A stretch of DNA of 64,000 nt from IMG/VR virus record IMGVR_UViG_3300009124_000001; one strand, given 5' to 3'. The notes below the pieces were generated by a model that saw nothing but the letters and a program-made list of their open reading frames with translations, did not search any database and had not been told where the DNA came from. The stretch is from a virus. The position numbers were made by a program, and so were the translations under genes. This document shows, one piece after another, positions 50,539 to 59,649 of this stretch. Each line of letters starts with the position of its first letter. Within the stretch, counting starts at the first letter, position 1.

Positions 50539-51785
50539 TATGCAACCAGCGAGAGGGGAGGAATACCTTTGACAAATATAGCATCAACCACATTTTGCAG
50601 GCGCTTGACCACATGCTTGCCATAAGTTTTGTGAACAGGCACTGCAACGAAACCAGTCGGTTTGTTGTAGAAACCCCACTGCTGGGGTTGCAACTCACCA
50701 GACTGCAAACGTGCAGCGTCATCCTTATCTAGGCGAATCACACGACCGATAGTCTGTGCCATCTCAACCACGTTAAGATTACGCAGCAGGATGCAGTGAG
50801 TGAGACCAGGGACGTTGATACCCTCAGAGAGAATAGAATAGTGGAAGACAACAAACTTACGACCAACTTCCTTACCCCATGCAGTCAGCGTGTCGAAGAA
50901 TACTTCACGAGAGACCTTCTTACCGTCAATGATTGCACCGAACTTAGAGGTAACGTGCATGACATTGTAACCACGCTCTTTGAGTTCGAGCAGCAGGGTT
51001 GTGCGAGAGATCATGTTACCCAGCACACGAGAAGAGGGCACAGCAACAAGAATCTTGCTAGCGTGAGTCTCATCGATCTGGTCAATAATGTCACGCACAG
51101 TGTCAGCATCAACGTCGTGGATGTTGTGCTTGTTACGAGTCAGATCGGTCTCGAAAGGAACAATCGTAGGGGGGAGAATGTGACCCTGCTCGATGAGTTC
51201 AGGAGCAGGAACATTGCAGAGAATGCCACCGTACACGTCACTATTGCCCATCGAACGATCGTGACGACGAGAAATACGAGGAGTGGCAGTAAAGAAGTAG
51301 CAATGATTAGCGACCATGGATGTTGCAGCAGTGCCAATAAAGAACTGCTTGGCAACACTGTTGTGTGCCTCATCGAAGTATGCACAGTTGATAGCAATAC
51401 CACTGTCGATTACACGAGGGAGAGAATGATAGGTGGTGAAGATAATGCAGGACTCACCTGCTGCCCGTGCAGTGTTAGCGAACAGTGCAATCTTCTCGGG
51501 TTTGGTGCTGTGGAAATAGTGAGTTTCACCACTGTGAGCATGGCAAACATGCACGTTGCTGTTGTCAATGAACGACATGAACTCGTCGCACAGTTGATTA
51601 GCAAGCAGGATGCGAGGAGCAACAACAACGATGGTACGATTAGACTCAGCAAGCAGTTGCAATGCGTGTTGAATCATGATGATAGTTTTGCCGCCACCAG
51701 TGGGAACAATCACCTGACCCTTGTCAGCGGTCTGCATTGCATCGAGAGCACGCTGCTGGTGGGGACGGAGGGTGATGGACATCAA
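50538..51785 (-). CDS. Superfamily 2 DEAH helicase (type III restriction Res-like)
   Basis: LRPHQ, PTGGGKT, FDEAH, FTATP, LSEGIN, QTIGRVIR. Confidence 0.92.
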   Translation of the reverse strand: MMSITLRPHQQRALDAMQTADKGQVIVPTGGGKTIIMIQHALQLLAESNRTIVVVAPRILLANQLCDEFMSFIDNSNVHVCHAHSGETHYFHSTKPEKIALFANTARAAGESCIIFTTYHSLPRVIDSGIAINCAYFDEAHNSVAKQFFIGTAATSMVANHCYFFTATPRISRRHDRSMGNSDVYGGILCNVPAPELIEQGHILPPTIVPFETDLTRNKHNIHDVDADTVRDIIDQIDETHASKILVAVPSSRVLGNMISRTTLLLELKERGYNVMHVTSKFGAIIDGKKVSREVFFDTLTAWGKEVGRKFVVFHYSILSEGINVPGLTHCILLRNLNVVEMAQTIGRVIRLDKDDAARLQSGELQPQQWGFYNKPTGFVAVPVHKTYGKHVVKRLQNVVDAIFVKGIPPLSLVA

Positions 51786-51805
51786 TGGGGGTCGAATACC
51801 CTGTA

Positions 51806-51862
51806 ATTATACACGAAAAAGGGGCGGCAACGCCACCCCCAACCAGTTCCACGACTGTCTAC
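51806..51862 (-). promoter_or_regulatory. Palindrome-type early promoter, copy 6
   Basis: GTAGACAGT-cgtgg-AACTGG then TATAAT (51806-51811). Confidence 0.7.
51816..51839 (-). terminator. Rho-independent terminator
   Basis: GGGGTGGC-GTT-GCCGCCCC-TTTTT, about 20 nt after the stop at 51859. Confidence 0.75.
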
Positions 51863-52224
51863 TTATCTCCTAATGACACATTGTGGATTGTTTCGTTACC
51901 ACTATTCCAGAACTTCTGATTAGCATTGAGTAGTGCTTCTTCTACATCTTCCTTGAATGTGCGACGTGGAATGAACAATTCATCATCTGCATTCTTATAA
52001 TCTGGATGCGATTCCTTGAATGTGAACTCTACATCATACAGGAGTGATTGTGTGATGTCGTTGATAGTCTCAATGGAAGATGGTGGGAGAGATTGCCAAC
52101 CATATCCAGGGAACATATCATCCTTGACACGATCTAGCAGTGCTTTCTTACAATGCCAACGTGCATCAAACAGTGCAGTAAACTCTTCCCAATCTTCTTG
52201 GGATTTGAAATTAGGGATTGTCAT
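51859..52224 (-). CDS. Hypothetical protein (121 aa)
   Basis: ORF track, operon-like overlap. Confidence 0.75.
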   Translation of the reverse strand: MTIPNFKSQEDWEEFTALFDARWHCKKALLDRVKDDMFPGYGWQSLPPSSIETINDITQSLLYDVEFTFKESHPDYKNADDELFIPRRTFKEDVEEALLNANQKFWNSGNETIHNVSLGDK

Positions 52225-52636
52225 TGTTTAACTCCATGAATTGTTTAGCAGTAGCAATTTCTTCTTCTACTCGAATCTTCGCCATCATACGATCAGTTTC
52301 TTCCTCTGCTTGTTTCCAGAGTTCAAACTTATCGCGGAGATCTTCATCCATAGTCAGTTCATACTCTTTACAGACTTTGCGTTGGTCTGACTCATTAACA
52401 TAATCATTGAAGACCAGTGACATAGCACCACTACGAATAGATGTGGGATCCATACCTACACACAGCATGAACTTCTCAAACAGTTTGAAATACTGCTTGG
52501 CATTAAGATCAGCAGCAGGTGCTGTAATTATAAAATGTTCTTCTGGGAGGAAGTCATCAGTAGGGTAGGAAGATGATCCATAGGTGGGAGTCCAGGTAGA
52601 ATCAAATTTGAATTCAACAGTTGCATCATAACTCAT
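52211..52636 (-). CDS. Hypothetical protein (141 aa)
   Basis: ORF track, ATGA coupling. Confidence 0.75.
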   Translation of the reverse strand: MSYDATVEFKFDSTWTPTYGSSSYPTDDFLPEEHFIITAPAADLNAKQYFKLFEKFMLCVGMDPTSIRSGAMSLVFNDYVNESDQRKVCKEYELTMDEDLRDKFELWKQAEEETDRMMAKIRVEEEIATAKQFMELNNDNP

Positions 52637-52833
52637 GAGTATGCCTCAATAAATTCATCGAGAGTGAAACCTTCATCAGTGCCAGTTTCTTCAATCAACT
52701 CATCATAAGTGTACTCTTCAAGTTCCTTACGATACTCTTCTGGTGTTGCATCATCTGGTTCTGGGTCATCATGACAGAGATACTCCCACTCTGACACAAG
52801 TGCATTGATGAGTTGTTCAGTCGTGTACTTCAT
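52633..52833 (-). CDS. Hypothetical acidic protein (66 aa)
   Basis: MKYTTEQLINALVSEWEYLCHDD... Confidence 0.75.
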   Translation of the reverse strand: MKYTTEQLINALVSEWEYLCHDDPEPDDATPEEYRKELEEYTYDELIEETGTDEGFTLDEFIEAYS

Positions 52834-52893
52834 TGTTTTTTAGATCATCAAGATACTGTTGAATGTAGTATGCCTTTATTTTATACCAATCAA

Positions 52894-53223
52894 TCATCGT
52901 TCGTCAATCGTAGGTAATAGTTCGTTGCCTGGGTGATCATTTGTCTTACCACGGTATGCTTTAACATGGTTGAAGTATGTATCATCAACCTCTAACTCAT
53001 CCCAGCAACTTTCAATAACAACCATACAACATTTGTTGGTTGGTCTTCGTGAACCAGGAGGATTGTCTTTCTCACTGACACAAATTAAGATGTGATTGTC
53101 ATCCAGGTATTCAATGTAACCCTCATGACCTCTCCAACGAACATGAGCGCCAACTGATAATGAGTTGACAATGTTTCTGATCTCTAATGCAGGTGCTTCT
53201 GAAATAAACAGGGGGGTAGTCAT
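52894..53223 (-). CDS. Hypothetical protein, SH3/Tudor-like beta-barrel (109 aa)
   Basis: VGAHVRWRGHEGYIEYLDDNHILICV. Confidence 0.65.
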   Translation of the reverse strand: MTTPLFISEAPALEIRNIVNSLSVGAHVRWRGHEGYIEYLDDNHILICVSEKDNPPGSRRPTNKCCMVVIESCWDELEVDDTYFNHVKAYRGKTNDHPGNELLPTIDER

Positions 53224-53822
53224 AGAGTTAGATAAGATGTGGGGTTTCCAAAATCACCTCGGATCATGATATTGAATGCTAGTGAATACCTCCTGGCAGT
53301 GTCCAAATTGTTCTGAACATAGTGTACCAGATGAGATGGGAAGATCACAACCATACCGTCCACTGGCGTAAGTGTCCACTGGTTACTATTATACACATTT
53401 GTGTGTGCTTTGTGTGGTGAGATAACATCGTGCCTATTATCTACAAACACCAAGTCACCACAATTAGGATGAGTTCTCAGATACAATATACCTGAGAACA
53501 TAGAGTTTCTATGCATGTGCTCATTAGATTTCTCCAAGTATTGGTGTATATTGACCCATGAGCAAGGTGAATCAATACTATGTGATTCATCAATACCCAT
53601 TACACCATACACATATTCTCTGATGTGTGGTAATAGAAACTCTTTGATACTTGGCAGTTTGTTAATTACATCCTGGTCAACAGATTGACTACCTAATCCA
53701 GGACCTGCAATGTTTGCATATTCCCAATCAGCAATCTCATCAATCACATCAGGCATAGTCTCATCAACTGTGACATATACTGGTGATGAAAATAGGGGGA
53801 TGACATCAGTGGAAGTTTGCAT
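53220..53822 (-). CDS. Fe(II)/2OG oxygenase (HxH...H type)
   Basis: SWVNI..NEHMHRNSMFSGILY; IFPSHLVHYV; RYSLAFN. Confidence 0.88.
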   Translation of the reverse strand: MQTSTDVIPLFSSPVYVTVDETMPDVIDEIADWEYANIAGPGLGSQSVDQDVINKLPSIKEFLLPHIREYVYGVMGIDESHSIDSPCSWVNIHQYLEKSNEHMHRNSMFSGILYLRTHPNCGDLVFVDNRHDVISPHKAHTNVYNSNQWTLTPVDGMVVIFPSHLVHYVQNNLDTARRYSLAFNIMIRGDFGNPTSYLTL

Positions 53823-54297
53823 TAATTAAGATCCTATTTTTGTGCTGTTTGGGAGAGTGTCCAGTGTGCATGTGTCTCCCATTAAATGTTAGGAGTCTAT
53901 TCTTTTTAGGTTGGACACGAACGAAGTCGTGATCACTCTTGTCTCCCAAAATAACAGTGTCGCCATCAGTATCGTTGACATAGTAGATACAAACAGTGTG
54001 TCTTTCGTCGCAGTCTACATGAAAATCATGCCTGTACCCCTCTGGATTATAGAGTGTCATATCAGCACGAACACGCAGACATTCCTCAGCAGCAACAGTT
54101 GTCTGCATTAGTTGTACCAGTGGAGCGAAATCTGGATCCCCCTCCACTGTCAACCAATGATTGAAACCATGTGACTGTATGTGTTTAGACCCACGAGTTA
54201 ATGTGTGCTGATAAAACCACGGAAACTCCCACCCCATGAGTATATCATGGATATGGGAGTGATAATCTGGGTCAAGAAAATCATCGATGATCCTCAT
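53806..54297 (-). CDS. Fe(II)/2OG oxygenase (HxD...H type)
   Basis: MRIIDDFL; DFHVDC; YYVNDTDGDT; FNGRHMHTG; RILINAN; start set at 54297. Confidence 0.87.
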   Translation of the reverse strand: MRIIDDFLDPDYHSHIHDILMGWEFPWFYQHTLTRGSKHIQSHGFNHWLTVEGDPDFAPLVQLMQTTVAAEECLRVRADMTLYNPEGYRHDFHVDCDERHTVCIYYVNDTDGDTVILGDKSDHDFVRVQPKKNRLLTFNGRHMHTGHSPKQHKNRILINANFH

Positions 54298-54469
54298 GTC
54301 TGAGATGTAGGGTGGTCGCAATTTCATCAATTAACTTCCTAGTTCTAGGGGGCACTTCACCATTCTTTTGATAGTATTCTTTTTGTAGACTGAACAGTGC
54401 ATGTTTGAGTAACACTTTCTGTTCCTCGTTGAGCACCTGAGATTTAAGGAACATGGTCATAGACAGCAA
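54281..54469 (-). CDS. Hypothetical protein (about 60 aa)
   Basis: LNEEQKVLLKHALFSLQKEYY; TAAATA late core at 54481-54486. Confidence 0.65.
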   Translation of the reverse strand: MLSMTMFLKSQVLNEEQKVLLKHALFSLQKEYYQKNGEVPPRTRKLIDEIATTLHLRHEDHR

Positions 54470-54483
54470 GAGACCGTAACTAT

Positions 54484-55041
54484 TTAACGAACTCTGGGTT
54501 TGAAATTAACATTCATCGCGATTCTGTAACCTTCGGAGGGTGAACTCGATGCGTGTAACACATGACCAGCGAACACAATCATTTTGCCACGCTCAGGCGC
54601 AACGCGCAACTGGCAATTTGGAATCCTAACACTTCTTTCATCATTGAAGAGATAGGTGTCTCCGTCTGTATCATTAAGATACAGAAGGGCAGTTGTGTGT
54701 TCTTCTTCAAAGTCAACATGTGGCGTATGATGAGGCAAACCATCAGGTAATAACATACCCAATCTAACACGATAGATGTCTGTGAATTGTTGACCACAAT
54801 CGTCTGCAATCAGACGTAGAGCAGACTCAAACACATCATAGTATTGTGATGCTGGTTCATAGTCCATCACCAACACATGTGAGAATGATGAACTACTAAA
54901 CTCACCACCAAAAGGTATAGGACCATCAATGAATGTGGTGTCCTTAATAAAATACCATGGAAATCTTGTGCTACTGACTAACTCTTCGATCTGATCTAAG
55001 ATAACCTTAGGGAGTGGGGATCGAGTTGAACTCAATAGCAT
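54484..55041 (-). CDS. Fe(II)/2OG oxygenase (HxD...H type)
   Basis: FPWYF; TPHVDF; YLNDTDGDT; FAGHVLHAS; RIAMNVN; start set at 55041. Confidence 0.87.
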   Translation of the reverse strand: MLLSSTRSPLPKVILDQIEELVSSTRFPWYFIKDTTFIDGPIPFGGEFSSSSFSHVLVMDYEPASQYYDVFESALRLIADDCGQQFTDIYRVRLGMLLPDGLPHHTPHVDFEEEHTTALLYLNDTDGDTYLFNDERSVRIPNCQLRVAPERGKMIVFAGHVLHASSSPSEGYRIAMNVNFKPRVR

Positions 55042-55729
55042 ATTGCTTACGGTCGCTGGGTACGTCACGAGGATACATGCAAGGGATAGACATAGACAAT
55101 CGCTTACCACCTGGGAATGGTTTGTGATATGTTCTTGCTGGGATATACATTACATCGCCAGGTTGCAACACAGTATCTAGGGCAACAGTTAGTTCTCGCC
55201 CTTCTTTATTTGGTAAGTATGGTTCATCAGTCATCTCAATGAGAGCAGAACATCTCTCTTCGTAGACATTCCAGTGTGTCTCACCATCAATTTGACAGAT
55301 AAAGTTAGGTGGTAGATCCCAATGAGCACCAAACGATCTACTGCCTTGCTTAGCACTACCAAATATATGTGCATCACAGTTACAATCAAACATGTCTTCG
55401 ATATTCTCTAAGAGATTATCTACTGCTGGATTGTAATGACCATACTGTTCAATGATGAACGTATGACCTTCATTGATTGCTTGAAACAATTCACTCTTAT
55501 GTGGTACACCTTTCTCATACCATACTTCAAACTTCTCAGGTAACATTAAACGACGACCCTCAAAGTTGAGGACCTGAGTTCTATAATACCATGGATTATT
55601 GAAACAGTGCGTGACTGTATCCCAGTTCACATATTGTGTGGGATTGTCTAATGCACGACGCCACACCATTGGTTTATCACCACACTGGAAAATGTCAGGG
55701 TTGAGGAATGGTAGGAGTAGTTTGTTCAT
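55007..55729 (-). CDS. JmjC/Cupin_4 oxygenase (ycfD/ribosomal-oxygenase-like)
   Basis: SFGAHWD..NFICQIDGETHW; LQPGDVMYIPARTYH; RLSMS. Confidence 0.85.
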   Translation of the reverse strand: MNKLLLPFLNPDIFQCGDKPMVWRRALDNPTQYVNWDTVTHCFNNPWYYRTQVLNFEGRRLMLPEKFEVWYEKGVPHKSELFQAINEGHTFIIEQYGHYNPAVDNLLENIEDMFDCNCDAHIFGSAKQGSRSFGAHWDLPPNFICQIDGETHWNVYEERCSALIEMTDEPYLPNKEGRELTVALDTVLQPGDVMYIPARTYHKPFPGGKRLSMSIPCMYPRDVPSDRKQYAIEFNSIPTP

Positions 55730-56400
55730 TTAAGTTCTGCAAATTCACCTTCGGTTGGATCTAACGGAAACCCTGCAACGTTCACACTGATAGCAATGCG
55801 TTCTTTCTTGTGATACGGCAACGTTCTATGTCTTAACCACGAAGGGAATATAACATAGTCAAACGTTTGTGTGTCCAATGTGTGCCAATCATAGCAGTAT
55901 TCGTTACAATCGTCACCCTCTCGTGACCAATCATCATATTCCATATGGAGAGGGCACATTCGATGGATTTGTTGTAGTGGATTCTCAAACTGCAACTGTC
56001 CACCATTCAGTTCCTTTTGCAAGTAATAAACACACGAGACGTGGGATTTACTCCTAGCACCGCCTATATGGGCGTGTAGACCCGTAGAGTCGCCTTCTGT
56101 GTGCAAATTTGCCCACATACTATCAATATAAAGATGCCAGTCTTTTCTATACTTTACTGTGTTGTTCCAATAGTCACGCACAGCATCTAAGAGTGGATGA
56201 GTGATCCAATCCATCTCAGGTTCTTCAAACAATGCTTTACCATCTTGAAACTCTGAGGTAGATTTACCTGTTTCTAATGCCCATCCACCTTTACATCTAT
56301 CAAACGCCTGCATTAAGAATGCATACGTCTCATTGAATTGATCATCAGTTGGTAGTATCTGACCCGTTACTACTGTCGTAGGAAATACTAGATGATTCAT
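55726..56400 (-). CDS. Fe(II)/2OG oxygenase (HxH...H type)
   Basis: MWANLH..GDSTGLHAH; IFPSWLRHRT; RIAISVN. Confidence 0.87.
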   Translation of the reverse strand: MNHLVFPTTVVTGQILPTDDQFNETYAFLMQAFDRCKGGWALETGKSTSEFQDGKALFEEPEMDWITHPLLDAVRDYWNNTVKYRKDWHLYIDSMWANLHTEGDSTGLHAHIGGARSKSHVSCVYYLQKELNGGQLQFENPLQQIHRMCPLHMEYDDWSREGDDCNEYCYDWHTLDTQTFDYVIFPSWLRHRTLPYHKKERIAISVNVAGFPLDPTEGEFAELK

Positions 56401-57058
56401 TTTGTTTAATAATGTCGAGCATGTTTTGTTTGTTTCTCACAGGTATGAAATTGAATGAGATACTTACACGTTCATCATCAGTTTCATTCTCTCGCACACC
56501 ATGAGCAACCCAAGCAGGGAATAGAAATAGTCTACCAGCAATAGGTGGGTAAGACCATGTTGAATGTGTATGTGGCACCTCTGCTGTACTCATGTCCTCA
56601 GATGTACCAATAGAATGAACTAAGAAACCCTCAGCAGCATTCTTATGGAATGTAATTCTTCCACACTCACCTTCGGGCACTTTAACATAGAAAGCACCAG
56701 ATATTACAGCACCTGGGTGTACATGTACTTCATTATATCCTCCCTTGCCATTGATATTGAACCATGCATTTGCATACTCAATAGTTGTATGGCAGGAACC
56801 ATAAGATCCGAACGCTTCTGTTGCCTTTGCTTTGATTTGTTGCAACAGTTTTTTGAACTCATCATCACCCAGACTCTCATCAGCAAGAATCTGTTCACCC
56901 ATAAAATCAGGGGACTGATAGTTCAGTAACCCCCGATTGCTTCGTGCTTTGGATGGCATTTCATGAGCGATATTATATGTAATATCCTCCATCTTTGCCA
57001 GATCAATGTCAAGATCAACCCACCATATTGGGGTGGGGAAGATATAATCAAGATTCAT
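56345..57058 (-). CDS. Fe(II)/2OG oxygenase (HxH...H type)
   Basis: AWFNIN.KGGYNEVHVHPGAVISGAFY; LFPAWVAHGV; RVSISFN. Confidence 0.9.
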   Translation of the reverse strand: MNLDYIFPTPIWWVDLDIDLAKMEDITYNIAHEMPSKARSNRGLLNYQSPDFMGEQILADESLGDDEFKKLLQQIKAKATEAFGSYGSCHTTIEYANAWFNINGKGGYNEVHVHPGAVISGAFYVKVPEGECGRITFHKNAAEGFLVHSIGTSEDMSTAEVPHTHSTWSYPPIAGRLFLFPAWVAHGVRENETDDERVSISFNFIPVRNKQNMLDIIKQNESSSISYDSSNGSDTTN

Positions 57059-57507
57059 TACTTAGTCTTGTTCAGATTAGCATCAGTTTCAGATTGATCT
57101 GATTCCCAGTTAGCATACTTTTCGTAACCAGGACGTGTGCGAACTTTGATCTTTTTACGTTGCTCTTGAAGTTCAGACTCAACCCATGGTTGAGGTTCTT
57201 CACCGAGAACCAATCGACGATACAGATTGATAGTTTCGAGACCACCTTCAATCTTAACCAGATCATCACGCATTTCATTCATTTTGGTGAAGTCAATACG
57301 TGTCTCTTGACGGTCAAAACTCATCGCAGAAACAGATGCTTGAAGATCAGAATACTCTCTGAATCTTTCACGATGTTGATACACAAGATTTTTCCACAGA
57401 TCATCCAGAGACTTGACTGCTTCCTCTTCACTATTCACCTCAGTGATAGTTTCAGGTTCCCACTCATCAATCGCCTCCTGATATTGATCAAGAATTTCCT
57501 CAGACAT
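57058..57507 (-). CDS. Hypothetical coiled-coil protein (149 aa)
   Basis: ORF coupled to the halogenase and the next oxygenase. Confidence 0.75.
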   Translation of the reverse strand: MSEEILDQYQEAIDEWEPETITEVNSEEEAVKSLDDLWKNLVYQHRERFREYSDLQASVSAMSFDRQETRIDFTKMNEMRDDLVKIEGGLETINLYRRLVLGEEPQPWVESELQEQRKKIKVRTRPGYEKYANWESDQSETDANLNKTK

Positions 57508-57509
57508 AA

Positions 57510-59093
57510 TTACTCCTTGTAAATCGTTTGTTTTAAGAACTCGTAACTTGACGGTAGTTTACTGCACCAATCATACATCTCCTTCTCCCATTCGTCAAAC
57601 CTGAGGTCTGCCGTCGCAATCTCCTGTTCATCAACTTCTGGGATTAGACCATTCTGTAATCGTTTAAGATGCAACGTATGCCTATTTATAGGACTGAACC
57701 CCATACCTGCTGCAATGTACCTTAGACCATCATTGTGTGCTGGATCACCTGCAAATTCATAGATAACATTCTTCTCTGATGCATATCTCATGAAAAGATT
57801 ATCTAATGCACCAGTAGAGAAATCATACTGAATATGATCAGATACTTCTTCCCAATACTTTGTCTGTCTAGCAGAGAAGGCATAGTGGGCAGCAATAAAG
57901 TTCTTGAATCCTTCAATCTCCAAGTCACACACTAAGTTTAGCATGTCAACTTCGACACGAGGAACAATACCTTCACGTCCAGCAAGAGTATTACATAGTC
58001 TCACGATCTGCTCATGTGTTGTGAGCAAACCAGTTGCTTCTAATGGTTCAACAAAACAATTAGATAGACCAACTGCACAGACATTCTTTACCCATGATCT
58101 CTTGTGCTTACCATTCTTGAATGGAACTTTTCTGAATGATGCTTCACCTGCTCTCTTACTACCTCTGGTCTTACAGAGATAATTGTAGAGTTCAAGTTCA
58201 GGATCATCAGTGAAGTCTTTGGAGTGAACATATCCAACACCAGATCTCTCCCACAGGGGAACATCCCACACCCAACCATTATCAATGGCAGTGCAGTTTG
58301 TGCTGTTTGTAATATCTTTCTCTTTGTCTTCGTGTGGCATGTGGCAGGTAACTGCCGTGTCATTGAGTAGACAACCACCATCATTTACATGGAAGGATAC
58401 AAACTCCTCACCCATGAATTTTTCAAGCAACAGTGACTTGAATCCTGTGCAATCAATATACAAATCATACTCTAACTTACGACCATCTGAGGTCTGTAAT
58501 GATTGTACCCACCCACGTTCATCTTTATGGCACACTTCTACATCGCCTTGAATATATTCAAGACCCATAGGTAGACACCAGTTCTCTTTCAACCACTGTC
58601 CAAACTTGATAGCATCCATATGGTATGCAGTATCTTGTTCAAACAAGAATGGTTTCTGATCTGTCATCTTGTTGTAGTGAGCAAGTTGCCCAACAAGATT
58701 ATGCAGACGTGCAAATGTGTTCCTAGTATATTTCTCTGGTTGCAGCAGATTGAGAGAAAACCACGACATCCAACCATGTGGACATAGATTTAGTCGCTCT
58801 TCTGCTGACCCGAAAGGATAATCCCAAGTTTCTCCTTTCTTGTAGAAATCATTGAATCGAATATTGACTTTATATGTGGATCCTGTATCTTTCATCCACA
58901 TGTGATCTTCTAAACCAAGGATGGCAAAGAAGTCATTGATCTGACCTAATGTAGATTCACCCACACCAATGGTGGGATAATTAGGTGACTCAATTAGTGA
59001 TGTTTTAATATGTGGGCAGAGTTTCAAAAGGGCGGCAGCGGTCATCCAACCAGCAGTGCCGCCCCCCACGATGAGGACATTACGAACGTGCAT
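57510..59093 (-). CDS. prnA: Flavin-dependent halogenase, tryptophan halogenase (PrnA) family
   Basis: IVGGGTAGW, IGVGEST, TYKVNIRF (catalytic Lys position), YIDCTGF, GWVWDVP, FVEPLEATG. Confidence 0.92.
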   Translation of the reverse strand: MHVRNVLIVGGGTAGWMTAAALLKLCPHIKTSLIESPNYPTIGVGESTLGQINDFFAILGLEDHMWMKDTGSTYKVNIRFNDFYKKGETWDYPFGSAEERLNLCPHGWMSWFSLNLLQPEKYTRNTFARLHNLVGQLAHYNKMTDQKPFLFEQDTAYHMDAIKFGQWLKENWCLPMGLEYIQGDVEVCHKDERGWVQSLQTSDGRKLEYDLYIDCTGFKSLLLEKFMGEEFVSFHVNDGGCLLNDTAVTCHMPHEDKEKDITNSTNCTAIDNGWVWDVPLWERSGVGYVHSKDFTDDPELELYNYLCKTRGSKRAGEASFRKVPFKNGKHKRSWVKNVCAVGLSNCFVEPLEATGLLTTHEQIVRLCNTLAGREGIVPRVEVDMLNLVCDLEIEGFKNFIAAHYAFSARQTKYWEEVSDHIQYDFSTGALDNLFMRYASEKNVIYEFAGDPAHNDGLRYIAAGMGFSPINRHTLHLKRLQNGLIPEVDEQEIATADLRFDEWEKEMYDWCSKLPSSYEFLKQTIYKE

Positions 59094-59100
59094 ATATTAA

Positions 59101-59640
59101 TCAAGCATCAGGGGCAGGTTGTTGTGCTTCGGGTGCGTACTTACCAAGACGAAACTCTCTCTGTGTATCATCATCGAGGTCAGATACACTCATCCAGGCG
59201 GGAATTTCTTCACCGTGGGGGAATGGTTCATCAGGCAATGCTTTAACCAGTTCAGTGCGTGTCTCACCAGTCATTTCATCAGTTACTGTAACCTCTTCAT
59301 ATTTTACAGTAGGTTGTGTCTCTCTTACAGTCTTGATATGCTCGTAGAACTTACCAGTCTTCGCTGCATCACCGAAGAGACCAGCATCAATATCCTTCCA
59401 GAGCATAGAAAGTTGCTCACCAGGATCGCCATATGCTACCACACGAAGCATTTCTGGATCATGATACTCAAAGTCAGGAATCCACTCACCAAGTTCTAAC
59501 TTCCAGTCGATAGTTGCATCGTCAGGAATATCGACCCATTTCATCGATGAACCAGGACCAGTGTAGATCTCAAACTCTTCGCCTGCTTCTACAATGTCTG
59601 TGATAAATCCGTCACAGCGGACAAGTGCTCTTTTTGTCAT
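59101..59640 (-). CDS. Tail-fibre assembly chaperone-like protein
   Basis: RVVAYGDPGEQLSMLWKDIDAG..KFYEHIKTVRETQP resembles 'Y....EQLD.LW.D...W...I..VK..P' chaperone motifs; follows the fibre genes. Confidence 0.55.
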   Translation of the reverse strand: MTKRALVRCDGFITDIVEAGEEFEIYTGPGSSMKWVDIPDDATIDWKLELGEWIPDFEYHDPEMLRVVAYGDPGEQLSMLWKDIDAGLFGDAAKTGKFYEHIKTVRETQPTVKYEEVTVTDEMTGETRTELVKALPDEPFPHGEEIPAWMSVSDLDDDTQREFRLGKYAPEAQQPAPDA

Positions 59641-59649
59641 TGGTTTAGA

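Noticed and set aside
44491-51862. Repeated palindromes as a CRISPR array or IS ends
   Set aside because: Copies are degenerate, 0.6-2.4 kb apart and tied to -10 boxes; no cas or transposase gene
41640-54480. tRNA or known ncRNA genes in intergenic gaps
   Set aside because: No cloverleaf or T-loop signature seen by eye; most gaps are filled by small ORFs or promoters. A tRNAscan/Infernal run would be needed to exclude them fully
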